Of a stretch of 61,927 nucleotides of DNA, positions 39,200-52,570 are shown piece after piece. The position numbers and the translations under genes are program-made. The notes under the pieces are model-generated. The model was given only the letters and a program-made list of their open reading frames with translations. It searched no databases and was not told where the DNA came from. The DNA is from Rhina ancylostomus (taxonomy: Eukaryota), in assembly GCA_030265395.1 (NCBI GenBank), contig JARFYF010000063.1, forward strand, positions 35,910,730 to 35,972,656. Reading direction: 5' to 3'. Each line of letters starts with the position of its first letter. The stretch's first letter is position 1.

Positions 39200-40640
39200 A
39201 ATACATAGAGCACTTTTATATAGTAATAAAAAAATAAATTTAAGTTCTGGGATACGACATTACAATGGAAAGCAAAATTAGGAAAAAGTGGTGAATGTTG
39301 GCACTGATAATGAAGGCCGATGTAAGGGCATTGCTGAGGAGTGATCTTAGCTTGGAATAACAGGAAGGAGCTCTTTGTGGGTTAAGAGATGAGAAGGATG
39401 AAAGAAGAATTTTGGAGATTTTTTTAAACAGGCCCTCAAAGGAACAACTCAGCCGAAGAGAATTTAAGAACTAAATTGTGGCAAAGGTCATACAGTAATC
39501 TTGGAGGACTAATCTTCTTATAGACTGGGCAAAGTCAAATGGGTAAAAGTAGTGTAGAGAATGAGTTTGCAGGATTTGGATGGGACATTTTTCTGGAACA
39601 TTGATAAAGATTCATCCAGGGAATAGGGTGTCATGAATGTGATTGTAAGGGATTGTACAGATTTGTATGGATTTCAAGAGGGACATAACTGAGTTGGAAC
39701 TAGAATTCTTGAACTTAGGTATAATTATGTAGATATAAGGGTGTATTCACAGAGGAAATTTAGATTAAACATTTTCACCAGCGGATGAGCAATGGCAAGC
39801 ATTTAAAGAACAAATTCAACATTCTCAATGGATGTACATTCCACTTAAAATTAAAAAAAATTCAAAAACAACAAAAATGGTCCACCCATGGCTGATTAGT
39901 ATGGTTGAGGATAGTGTTAGATCAAGAACATCAGAAATATTATCACTATGTAGCCTATTGTACATACTCAGCAATTTACTAAGTTCATGGCTGATCTTTT
40001 ATCTCTCTGCCATTTTCCTGTATTAATTCTGTATCGCATGATTCCCTTAACACCTGAAAGTATATTTATTTTTGTCTTGAATGTACTAAGTGACATGGGC
40101 ATCCTAGGTGGAGAATTCCAAAGGTTCATTCCCATTGGATCCCTGTATTTTGATACTCTGACTCTTGGTTCTAAGCATCCCAGCTACAGGAAACGTTAAT
40201 CCTGTCAACTATTCCTTTTCATTCTTTCAAACTCTGTATGGCCCAGTCAGCTTAATCTCCAGTATCCAATATTCCACATGCAGTCTTATTTTTGTCCTCA
40301 AAACTTCCTGCAATAAAAGCCAGTATACTGTTTGCATTGCTAATTGCATGCTGTACCTGCATATTAACTTCCAGTGATATGTGTGCAAGGATATTTAGGT
40401 GCCTCTGAACACCAACACCTTTCAATCTCTTACCTTTTATAAAACAAAAATTGCTTTTATTTTTTTCTGCTAAAGTGGATAACCTTGCATTTTTCCAATT
40501 TTATATTCCATGTGCCATTTCCACACCCATTCACGTAGCCAGCCTCTCTGCATTCACTTCACAACTCACTGTCACCATCAGCAAATCTTATCTAAATCTG
40601 TGAACAGCTGAGGTCCCAGCATTGATTTCTGTGCCATTAG
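39200..40640. mobile_element. Decayed CR1-type fragments (sense at about 39200-39930, antisense at about 40020-40640)
   Basis: Remnants such as gagcaatggcaagcatttaaa...ccatggctga, and reverse-complement CR1 3' motifs. Confidence 0.55.
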
Positions 40641-43600
40641 TCACAGCTTCCTTCCCCTTGATTGCTCAAGTTTGTCCCTTTTTAATTGTGTACTCAGTTT
40701 TAACTTTGCCAGAATTTTAACATTTAAAAAATATTAATCATTCTTTCATCTTGTGTGAGCTCCTTGCTTCTCTGTCTCTGTGTAATGGCAAATACCACAT
40801 TAGATTTTTGTAATAGTTTAACATAAAGTTGCATTGATTTCTTTCAATTTGTTATGGCCATAGCTGATGTTCAAATTATTTGGGGAAAATGAATACAAAA
40901 TTTAAGAGGCAAGGAAACATGCTCCACATTGCAGGCTCAAGATTGTTCGGTGATGCTCTTTAGCTGACAGATTAATAACTCTAGGAAAGATATCAACTTG
41001 TGCTCCTGACTTTGGAGAAAGCTAAAGTGTCTAAAGAAAGGTATTTCATTTAGTAAAGTGCAATGGTTTGGCAGGTTACTTTAATCATATGAAATGTTAA
41101 TGATTATATTAGATACCCTTTGCAACATTGGAAATAATTACTAAGTAAGCACCCAGTATTTCAAAATATAAATGGCTACTTGTGAGATGTGGCAGGATAG
41201 TGGAAATTGCTATTGATCCTTGGGGAATCTAGTTCTTGAACATTGATGATACTGGTATGGGGTAGAGAGAGAACTGTCAAAACAATGAGTAATGGAATAA
41301 TCTATATTCATCCATGCACAGGGGTATCTAGGCAGATTGGAATATTACACAAGGCAATTACAAATTCCAAGGAAGATTATTGAGACATGGGAAGTAGAAT
41401 AAGTAATATAGTTAACTTCTGATGATTTGTCCTTTTAATATTATTTCAAATATCAAAGCATTAGGGAACTGCGAGCTACTGAGATCCAAGTAATAGGCAA
41501 CTGTGTTTAGGATGAGCTGGTTTATAGAGGGTAGAGAAGGAGAAGCTATTCCATAGAGAATTGGATTACTCTTTGATGTTTCCTTTGAAGATGTAATACT
41601 TTTTTCTGAAAAGCAATTGTTTTGAGTTCTGAATAGAAATAAAATGTGCAGTGCAGCAACTTAAAGATTTGGAAACAGTTAACAGATAAATAAGATCAAC
41701 AATGAGAATTAACACAAGACTTGACCCTAAAATCTGGATTATCTAGTGTGATATTTTAATGTAAAACTTTTTTATTAAATCAACTCAATGCTTTTATTAA
41801 ATCAAATACAGATTCTGTATTGATGCTATGTGAATATTAGTGAAAAGAAAATATTTGTTACTTGTAAGAGTAAAAAATTCTTTAGGTGAAATAAACATTA
41901 CTCTTGAATGATTCAAACTATCATTGATATATTTATAAATAATAATTGTTTCAATCCTTATGAGTTCTTTAAGACTGTCTGTCTGTATTTGGTCAATNNN
42001 NNNNNNNTTCATGCCCACCTCAAAATTGTCATTAAAGTCACTTTAACTATAAAACAAATGAAACGTCAAGAACAGGTAACTTGACATTTTATTTTTTTAA
42101 AAAAACTATTTGTGGTGTCTTTTTCTGCATCAGTTCATTGCAAAAAAACCCAAAATGAACCAGCAGTACAAATAGACACTTAATGGACTTTGGAAATGTC
42201 AAACTATGTAGCTAGTGGATATGCTAATTAGCATTCTTGTACCTCATAAGGGGGAATTGCTGCCAATAGTTGTTTCCACAAAGGCTTCCCAACTGGCTGA
42301 CATTTATTGCTTGCCTAGTAGCAAAAGGCTGTTAGCTTTCAGCTAGCTGTGCTGAAGGTCAAATATAAAATGAAACTCAATTTATTACACCACCTGCGCC
42401 TCTTAAATATCTCAGAATTTGAGAATCAAAAGGTTTGACAGAAAAAAAGGTATGAGCCTTGATGCCGACCAAAACATTGCTGTCAGTATTTGAAGATTTC
42501 TTTAGCCTTAAAATGCTTTTTTTTAGTGGGCCTTGAAGCGTGAATGAGACCCAAGTTTAAAACTCTATCTGCTCTCAATTGTACCCTATTACACTAATAA
42601 TTCGTATATAAGCCTGGATAACATCTGATAATTCAAGCTTAGCAGCAGATACACAAAAGCTGAGCATATTCTTTGGTTCATTGGCCATCAATGCGCCCAG
42701 ATCTTCCATCAGGCGTTGTCATTATTGCCCTTTTAAAATTAGGAATCTTGCTTGATAATCTGTCCTCCTGCCAACTCTTCTAAAAGATATTCTGCAAAGG
42801 GATCAATGTTTAGTGTTGTCCAGTGTGGAAGAGAAGCAAATACATTAAATTGAAAGAATGCAAATTAATTGCTGTTTCACGTGGAAGAATTATTTGAGTC
42901 CCTGGATAGTGAGAAGGGACAGGATAGATTGGCAGGTGTTTTCTGTGGTTACATGGAAAATACCATAATAAAGGGAGTGGTTGGTACAAATGGTGATTCT
43001 CTCTATAAGAAAGTCAGAGAGAATCAAAATTTAGTATATCCACTGGTTTCCCACCAGTCATTCTGCCACTTGCAGCCTCGGGACTGTACTAAATTTGTCA
43101 AACATTTATTTCTCTTCCAAAAGTAATGTCAACTGCGCCCAGTTGTGTTATGATTTTCTAAGTGTCCTGTGACCACTTCCTTGCATGTAGTTCTCGCTCT
43201 TGCTCTTTTTCTAATAATGGTAATAGTTAAACATTCCTCCCTTTTTATCAAAAATAATAGGTGCACATTTGTCTGTCCTCAATTGTACGAAAACTATTTA
43301 CTTAATGTCCCTGCAGTTCCCTTAATTTCCATTATTAATTCTTAGTCACAGTTTTGAGGGATGTTTATGTTGCAACTCTCTTTCTTATATACTTGAAGTG
43401 TTCAGGTTATGGTGTGTCGTTTTGAAATTCATCTTGACCCACATTCCTTTATCATGGTATGGCTAACTGGGGAGTGTATTTTGTGATGTAATGAAAGGCT
43501 GAAAGAATAAAAGATTTTCAAACTCTATTGTCAGTTCATTTGGCTTAGCTCCAGTCTCTTCCAGGAGCTTATGAACTTCATGTACAAATAATTTGACTTT

Positions 43601-44036
43601 AAAGTTTTATAGGCCACCTCTTCCTTAGCAGTTCCAATATCAGGTGTACCTAAAGAATAGTCTTTGTATTTGGAAAAAGTAGACTAGAATTCATCTGTAG
43701 TCTTGAATCAAATGGTGAAAGTGTCGCATGATTTAATGAATCATTTAATTCCCTTTGCTGTTATTGTTGACTGGTTTTACTAATTATTGCTTTGACACTG
43801 TAGATCTGAGATTTAATGACTTTTGTGGCCCAAAAGAAGGCTGATACACCTTGGTCTTTTATATGCACCATATTTCCCACATGTGCAAGACCCCAAAACC
43901 TTTTAATTGCATTTAGCTTTGAAGTGAGCATTCTTACCACTGTACTTTAAGTTCCTTGTGCAGCTTTCTAGAATACTGCTCCATTTCTAATAATTCTTGA
44001 TCTTAAATAATTATTTTCAATACTTGTTTCTTTCAG

Positions 44037-44148
44037 CAAAATGACAACATTCAAATGCCAAGTTTTAGGGAAAGGTTGAAGGTTATGGTGAATGCTCTTG
44101 CCAACAAATCAGATAATCTAGGCAATACAAGTGTAGTCAACAATCAAG
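44037..44148 (+). CDS. EFCAB14: EFCAB14 coding exon (equivalent to human exon 9)
   Basis: Translated by hand. Acceptor cttgtttctttcag, donor AAG|GTAAGC. Encodes QNDNIQMPSFRERLKVMVNALANKSDNLGNTSVVNNQ; compare recalled human SKLREKLQLISALTNKPE. 112 nt, phase 0 to 1. Confidence 0.88.
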
Positions 44149-44799
44149 GTAAGCTAATTTGAAGAGGAAGAAGTGCATTGTGCATTTAATGACCTTTATT
44201 TGATGTATTAAGAAAATGCTACTCATTTAAAAAATTTTCTCCCTGAAAAAGACAATTTTAGCATCTATTTGGTTCCTTCACGGGTAAAGATTTAATATGT
44301 TCACAATTATGGTCATCCCATGTGTAGTATGACTACAGGCTAAAAATCAGTAAGGCATATTCTTTCCTAATAATACAAAGATCAAAGTTTACATATTTGA
44401 GTTGCCAAAAGTGATAAGTAGAAAGAAATGTTTCTATCAGATTGTGTAAACTACATTGAGAGCCTCCACGTTGGCATTCTTATATTCAGATTACCAGTGT
44501 GTTTCCCTGCCGCTCTTTCTTCCTGTTAACATATGCCACATTAGCCTACCTCTTTGAACTATGATAAGAATGTTGATCAATGTCAAAAATTGTTTATTAT
44601 CACTTTGAATTGTCTCAGTACTTTTAATGTCATAGAACATTCTGTGTAATCCATAACCATGTAATGGAATTTAGTGAATATGGCTTGAAAAATGTCTTGA
44701 GGCTGCAAGGGGGGGAAAAGTCCTGAACCAAACCAAGAGATGGGTTTTCAGGAAGCCACAAGGCTAAGAGGGTTGTAAGTTTAGTGGACAAGGGTGGTT

Positions 44800-45205
44800 G
44801 AAGGATAATACTTCACATGTACATTGAAACACAGTGAAATGTGTATTTTTGCATTACTGAGAATGTGCTGGGGGCAGCCCGCAAGTGTCGCCACTCTTCC
44901 GGCGCCAACATAGCATGCCCACNNNNNNNNNNNNNNNNNNNNNNNNNNNNNNNNNNNNNNNNNNNNNNNNNNNNNNNNNNNNNNNNNNNNNNNNNNNNNN
45001 NNNNNNNNNNNNNNNNNNNNNNTGGGGGCAGCCCGCAAGTGTCGCCACTCTTCCGGCGCCAACATAGCATGCCCACAACTTCCTAACCCGTATGTCTTTG
45101 GGATGTGGGAGGAAACAGGAGCATGTACAAACTTTGTACAGACAGTGGCGGGAATTGAACCCAGATCACTAGCGCTGTAATACCGTCACGCTAACTGCTA
45201 CACCT
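44800..45205 (-). mobile_element. Antisense HE1/V-SINE-like element spanning an N gap
   Basis: ggaattgaaccca (reverse-complement B box), cacgctaactgctacac (reverse-complement A box) and tctttgggatgtgggaggaaac core. Confidence 0.75.
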
Positions 45206-45821
45206 CAGTAAGGGAGTAGGAAATTGGATGAATAGTAGCAGGAACAATTTTTATCTTGCCTCTATTTGAAGGCGATACTTGTGACATAAGGTAATAGATT
45301 TGTACCTGCAGTTATGGGGCAAGTAGCTGAATTTTGCTGATTCTTGCCCAGTGTTTTTCTGAACTCCTGAAGTATCTAGAACCAGGAGATCACAATCTCA
45401 AAATAAGGGTTTCACATTTAGGACAGGGATAAGATGAAATTTCTTCAGTCAGAGTGCAGTTAAAACTTTGGAAATCACTGCCTAGAAGAGTGCGGAGGCT
45501 CAGTCACTGAGTACATGCAAGAAAGTGGCACCAAGGCAGAAGAACTGCCATGTATTTCTCTCCCTCCATACATAATTAAACATTCCTCCCTTATCACTAG
45601 TTTTGCCAACTGTGTGTTTCTTACTGCATTTCCTGAGGTCCTACCATCATCCAGACCAATTACAATAGTGTGTCAAGTTCTATGTACTGCTGCTGCTAAT
45701 GAAGAGGTTAGATCGCCTTAGCTGTTTGTCATTCAAATGATAAAGCATGCACGTACTATCTAATTGTATTATTCTTGATTGAAAATTGGTAATACTTAAC
45801 AAATTTGAGGAATTACCCTTT

Positions 45822-46000
45822 TAGAAATGGTGGTGGAGGCGGATACGATAGAGTCTTTCAAGAGATTGTTAGGTAGGTACATGGAGCTAAGTACAATAGA
45901 GGGCTATGGTTAGGCATAGTAATTTCTAGGGTAGGGACATGTTCGGCACAGCTTTGCTGGCCAAAGGGCCTGAATTGAGCTGTAGTTTTTCTATGTTCTA
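45822..46000 (+). mobile_element. Short CR1-type 3' end
   Basis: ggtggaggcggatac...ggccaaagggcctg...ctatgttcta tail. Confidence 0.75.
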
Positions 46001-47154
46001 GATGCCCACCATTTTATCTATGTTAGTACCTCTAATGTCCTTGGATTAATGAAGCCATAGAATTAAATGCGATGTGACAGTGTAGCTCCCTGGTTTCTTT
46101 AAAGAAAAGCTTTGTGGATATTTTTGATAAGGAATTACATTTATAATTCCTTTTAAACTATTGAGCTAACTTTGCTAATGTATCCCACAGTTCACTCATG
46201 GAAAGCTTTTAATGTATAAATGTTCATGATTTTTATTTGAAAATCCTAAAGAGACAATTAGGCCCATTGTGAAGATATTTGTAAAGGGGAAGCTGAAGAA
46301 GAAAGGGCAAAAGGGACAAAAGAGGGGGAAGAGGAAAACTAGGTGGGTTTGTGTGAATGGAGTGAGGAATGGAAGAGATGCAAGTTAGTATGGAATAAGG
46401 AAAGGTGAACTGGGAGAAGTATGAAGGGAGGCACAAGAGCTTTTTGTAGTACAAGAGAAAATTAATTGTAAGAGAAAGCAAGTTGAACTTTTCTAGAGAA
46501 TATATTATGCATGTTAAAATATTTTCAACTTCAGTGTGTTTCAATGCAAATTCAGCACCCAACTACACATACAAGAAATACCAGCAGATGTCAGTGGTGA
46601 TATACTTCTGAAATTCATTTGCTGCCTTATTCTGCTTTGTCTATCTAATACTGCTAAGCACATGCTGTTGTCTCATCCCAGTTTTTCTTTTCAAGATGTG
46701 GGTATCACTGGTGAGGGTAACAGTTTTTGTTTCCCATTATCTAAAGGTTCTTGAAGGAGGTGGAGAACTGCCACCTTACCCTCCTATGGTTTTTTGGGGA
46801 GAGAGTTGCAGCAACAATGCAGGATCAGCAATATTTCTAAATTATTATGGTGTATGACTTGGAGGTGTACATTGCAGGTGGTGGTGATGTTCCCATGTGT
46901 ATGTTGCCTTTTCTCCTCCTTTTGCAGTAGTAGCTATGCAATTGGAAGGTGCTGTTACAATAGCAGAAGTAGGTATATTATTTTTAAGTATATTTTTATA
47001 TAGTATATTTTTCTTCGAAGATGTAAGCAATCAAAATTAAACAGTGCAAAAAGAACTGTACAGAAAATTAGGTCCATTTTAATATTTTTAAAAACTGGAT
47101 CATCCAGGGAGCTGCTCCTCATCCATGAATTATTTTTGTAGAAAACTAGCCTGT

Positions 47155-47630
47155 ATATATGCAGGATTGGTAATTGGCTTATCATTGTCACATGTACTGA
47201 GGTACAGTGAAAAACTTTGTTTTACGTGCCATCCCTACAGATGATTTCATCACATCAGTACACTGAGGTAGTACAAGGGAAAAGCAAAAACAGAATGCAG
47301 AATATAGTGTTAACAGTTACAGAAAATAAGGTGCAAGGCCATGCTAAGGTAGATTATGAGGTCAAGAGTCCACCTTATCATACAAGAGGTCTGTTCGATA
47401 GTCCTATAAACAGCAGGATAGAAGCTGCCTTTGAGCCTGGTAGTATGTGCTTTCAGGCTTTTGTATCTTCTGCCTGATGGGAGGGGGGAGAAGAGAGAAT
47501 ATCTGAGGCGAGAAGGGTCTTTGTCTACACACCTTACAGCCTCGATAATCAGAGTCCATGAAGAGAAGGCTGGTTTTTGTGATGTGCTCAGCTGTGTCCA
47601 CAACCCTCTGCAGTTCCTTGCGTTCTCTGG
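47155..47630 (-). mobile_element. Rex1/Babar-type LINE 3' fragment
   Basis: ORF 47310-47603(-) contains YSLFSPLPSGRRYKSLKAHTTRLKGSFYPAV, matching the Rex1-type LPSGRR...RLKxSFxP C-terminus. Confidence 0.8.
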
Positions 47631-50399
47631 AGTGGAGTCAACCAGACTGGAAGGAAAATTGTTATTTCTGGACAGGTCTAGAAGTCCTGGTGAGGAATGA
47701 GCTACACTATCAGGTAAGTGGGGGCATCCAGTGGAGCCTCTGCATTGGGAATCTGCCTCAGGTGTTCCATAGGACTATTGAACGGACTTCTTGTATGATA
47801 AGGTGGACTGCCTCGGGCCTTTGATCCCGAGGGGCCTCTGTGTCAGGTGCTCCCACAGGTCAGGCCTTGAGACTTGGCCAGTAGAACTGCTATTGACCAA
47901 GCCTCCAGTCAGGTCAGGGCTTGGCCACTGATATTGCTGGGGGTCAGGGCTTCCAGTGGCGTCCAGGAGTTGGGTCTTGGCTTCAGTCTGCACAGGCTAC
48001 CGCATGGACAGGACCATCCTAGGCTGCCCTGGTTGGTTCCATGTGGGTCGAGGAGTTGGGTCGGTAGTTCACTCACTCCAGGAGGTCACCAGACCTGTAA
48101 GTAGGTTTAAAAGAACATTATTAGTAATTCTTGGAGTCTTAGAATTTGGATTTAAAAGAACAATGATAATAATAGAAGTAATGAATAGATCTGTAGAGAG
48201 CAGCTTGCAATGAGTTGCCTTGCTCTGGTGCCATCTATCTAGTGATCATTTCATCGTTAATTTTTTTCCACATACCCATAAAGTATGCAAGTGCCAACTG
48301 TCATTTGAAAATAATGGCTCACGTCTGCTACAGAAATGCTGGCAATTCCACTTCGAAGTGTCAGCATTTACCTCCATAACTAGAAATTTAAGGCATCTGT
48401 GCAAATATGGAAGCTTTGAACTTTCCTACAGCTTTAAGATTTATTCCTGGTATTTTTTGTTTCATGTGTGTGGGGAGGGGCAAAGGCAGTATAGAAAGCA
48501 GATTCTATAATATAACAGAAACATCAGTTCTCTAATGATGTTCTCCTTCAATATCTCTCCCTCCTTCCTAGATGAAGAATTTCTCTCCCAACTTTCTTCT
48601 TGAGGCTCAGGTGGATAACCAATGAAATCTATTGTATACCTGGGGTGATCTTACCTGTGTTATGCAAACTAACCAATATAAAGGAGAAGAATCCAAAGAA
48701 TGAAACAACCGTGCAGTGCAAAGATCAAAAGCCAAATAATGGTTACTCATAAAACATTGCTTAAAATGTTTTAAATGCCTGTGCACCTGTAAGACTATGC
48801 TGTGCTGCAGGTTTTATTGTAAAGTAATAAGTGACTCCACATAAATTCTTGCACTTCTTGAAAGACACGCCCCCAAGTGCAATATACCCTTAATTTAATG
48901 TTTCTTGATTCAAATTATGTTAAATCAATTTTGAAGCACTTTGGGGCTCATGGTTAATTCAGATGGTTAGTTAATTGACATTTTAGCACAAGAAACTTGA
49001 AATTTTGAGTAGTTTGCATATAAAATTAGTGTTTCTAATGAGACTTGAACCATGGACCACCACAGATTATAACAATGTATTACACTGCTCATTTGGAACA
49101 CATTGCTCATCGGTAATGTTACATGCAAATTAAGAGCAGCTAGAAAGTTGGTAAATTTATTAGGAAAAATAGACTTTGACATTCAGAACAATGGCAAAAG
49201 TCTGTTCTGTCATTTCTTATTACATAGTTGGTTTAAAATGCATTAATTCTAAATTTTGCTCATAAACTTTTCCGTGGAAAAAACATTGCATAACTTTCAA
49301 GTTTGATAAAATTAGCATGAAATTTTGGTTTGGATGTTATTGGAGATTTCACAAGTTCCTGTGGAATTTGGAGTCTCTCTTTGGCAGGTGTNNNNNNNNN
49401 NNNNNNNNNNNNNNNNNNNNNNNNNNNNNNNNNNNNNNNNNNNNNNNNNNNNNNNNNNNNNNNNNNNNNNNNNNNNNNNNNNNNNNNNNNNTTTCACAAG
49501 TTCCTGTTGAATTTGGAGTCTCTCTTTGGCAGGTGTGTTTTTGCTTGACCACAATCTGGATTGTGCACTAGTTCACAGTAATGCAGATTATTACCATTGT
49601 GAGCGAGTTGTATGAGCAATCTCAAAGATGCATACTGGAGATGAATCCATTGTCATACAGATAGACCTTTAATAATTTCCCCAGATGCTGCTAATATATT
49701 TTTGAAGAGGAACTAAATGAACTTTTCTAGGGCATTATTATGTTTCTCTTTCTTAAGAACATTCTTCCATTTTAATATCAGCTAAATATGCAAAATTAAA
49801 AATCTATGAGCTTTTCAACAAATTATAATAGTTGAAAGATATTTACCTTCAAATTTAGCTGGTATTCCTGGATCACCTACCTCGGGGCTCACTCCTTTTT
49901 AAATTCCTTTTTGGAGTTGGCTGAAGTGGTGCTCATTAGGTTTCAGTACAAAACCTAAAATAGGTGGGGATCTTCCTGGGTAAAATGTATCTGTTCCAAA
50001 TGGCTAACTACAGAGCCATTTAGAAGATCTCTAGTTCTCAGATCTGCATATGCTATGTAGTTTCTTCCAATTTAGTTTAAGCTATACTGCCTGAGATGGT
50101 CAAATTTGTTTGTGATAGCAAGATAAGAAATTGAGGGATTCTGCTTGTAATAGATATCTGGAATATGCATGTGTGTTGGCTTCAAATGAGGAAGAGATGT
50201 TTTCTGTGATCTCCAAAATTAAATAACTTTAGTATTTCACACAGAAACATAGTCTGGGTACAGGTCAATGGAACTAGCAGAATAAAGTTTCGGCACAGAC
50301 TAGAAGGGCCAAACAGATACCCAACGTCACCTTTGTTAAAATCATTGAGCAGGTTTCCCAATACAAGTGTTTAGGAATTGTCAGACATTGACATTACAG

Positions 50400-52570
50400 C
50401 CAAGAATGTTTCTGGAAGTTGCCAGTGAAGGGCAACAAGTTTGGCACTTAAGCAAAGAAATGTCACCTTATGGAGTTGTTGGGGGAAAATGGTAAAGTGT
50501 GAACATTCAGAATGCCTTCAATAAGGTATTGTATAAAGGGTTCATGGCAAAGCTGGAGGTATATGGATTCAGGGGCTAGATAGCAGAATGGATTGAAAGA
50601 TGGTTAATAAATTTAAAACAGTTGCTAAGTTTAAAGGAAGGTATCTTAGGAAATGTGGCCCAAAGGAATCTATGCTGCAACAATCATTGCCATTCACATA
50701 AAGGAATAAAGTTGGGGCTGTGATGCCAAATCATATACCAAATTGGGGATGGGAGGTTGATTACAATGTGACTACTGGAACAAAAACACAATGCATAGAT
50801 TTTGGGTGAATTTAACAATTCAAACATGAGAAAGCTTATTTATGTAAGGAGAGTCCACTTTTTTTTTGGAAACCAAGAAACTAAATGAGATCTGGAAACG
50901 CAGGTACACAAATTACTGAAGCTGAAGAGTGCAAAACCTAGGGACTGGAGGAAGAACAACGTAATTAGAGATAACATTAAATTTATGTAGAACTTTTGGG
51001 TCACCCAAGGAGAAGTGAATAAAATGCAGAAACTATTTTCAGGATTATAGAATTGAGTACCATTATTAAGAAAGATTAAGGCTCTTGAAAAGATTTTGGA
51101 AATAGGAAGTCTTTAAAATTATGTCGTAATTAGATTAAGATAGATATGAAAAAACTATTAAACGTGGGCTAGTAAAACAAAAGGTACAAATAAGATAACA
51201 GATCAAAAAGAATTTCAGATCAATTTCTACATTGTGAAAATGCAGATGTAGAATTGCCACCTGAGTAGCAGAAAAAGCATTAGAGTAGAGGATGTACAAG
51301 GGTAAGGTGACAAAGTAATTGATGTGACATATATTAATTACAAGCAGAGAGTAGCTGGACGGAATGGCCTGATTCTATACTCTAGAATCCATGAACACTT
51401 TCCCTAAAGTCTGGAATGTAAGCAATAAATGAATAGATAACTATTTGCAGCTGTACTTCTGTTTTACAGGTAACACAAGCTCAACTTCTACAGTGAATAC
51501 CTTGGTTTCTCCAAGATTCCCAGTAAAAGCAGTAGCTAATAAAAACAGTAAAAGGAATGTCAAATTAAAACACCTATCATTACCTGGGATTAACACTTTA
51601 AAAGGTAAGATTTACAACTATATTAGAACTACATTGAACATTCTTCATAATTCAAGCCTGATGTACATTATTTGTAATTTTATTTGCACTTTTAGAGATC
51701 GGTCTTAGAGATCTATCTCAGCTTAATTGGTGGTGCTATCTGGAATAGTTTGCATAAGTGTTTACAGGTTCTCTATAATCTTGTATCTTTTTGGTGTAGA
51801 TCAATGATTTGGATTTGATTAAACAATAAGCAAGGCCCCAAAATTTATACACATTACCAAATTTGGCAGGCATTCATCCTGAGTTTAAAAAAAAATTGTG
51901 AGCTGTATGGACTGGTCAGGTAGCCAAAGAAGTGCCAAGTAGAATTCATTGTGGAGAAATACGTGGTGAGAGAATAAACAACAGTGAGAATACTGAAAAG
52001 CATGAGGAAAAGGATCTCAGTGTGGGCCCAGAGATCCTTAAAATTATTGAGGCAATAGATAAGTTGATCAAGAAAACATACAAAAAAAACTTCTTTATTA
52101 ACTGGGGCATAGAAAGCAAGAGTAGGAAGGTCATTCTAGAATGGTATACAATACCAGTCATGCACCAACTGCATACAGTCTGGTCACCAAATGAATGTGA
52201 TGGCATGAGAGGGTGCAGAAGAGATGGAAGAGGATGTTACCAAGGCTGGAGAACTTTAGTTCTATGGGGAGATTGGCTAGGTTGCAGTTATTTTCTTTGG
52301 AACAAGATAGACTGAGAGGGGAAATTAGCAAATGTGTGTAAAATTGGAACCATGAAATTGAGTGAGCAAGAAAGACCCTTTTCCCTTAACAGGTGATTAA
52401 ATAACTAACTAAAAGTAATTGATAAAGATTTGAGGATTTTTGTTTTCAACTATGGAGATCAGAGTGGTGGAAGAAGAAATGTATTTAAAAAAATTATAAG
52501 TATCTGGAAGAATGCCGGGCTGTGAAGCTCAGAAGTAACAGGAGAAACTAGTAAAGCGCAAATTTGGGAT
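50400..52570 (+). mobile_element. Decayed CR1-type fragments on both sides of the penultimate exon (about 50400-51390 and 51900-52570)
   Basis: Remnants such as gccttcaataaggt...tggattgaaagatggtt; ORF 51932-52315 has CR1-like GIESKSRKVILEWY...VWSP. Confidence 0.6.
51470..51604 (+). CDS. EFCAB14: EFCAB14 penultimate coding exon
   Basis: Acceptor tacttctgttttacag, donor AAG|GTAAGA. Encodes (G)NTSSTSTVNTLVSPRFPVKAVANKNSKRNVKLKHLSLPGINTLK; compare recalled human ISLPGVSST. 135 nt, phase 1 to 1. Confidence 0.9.
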
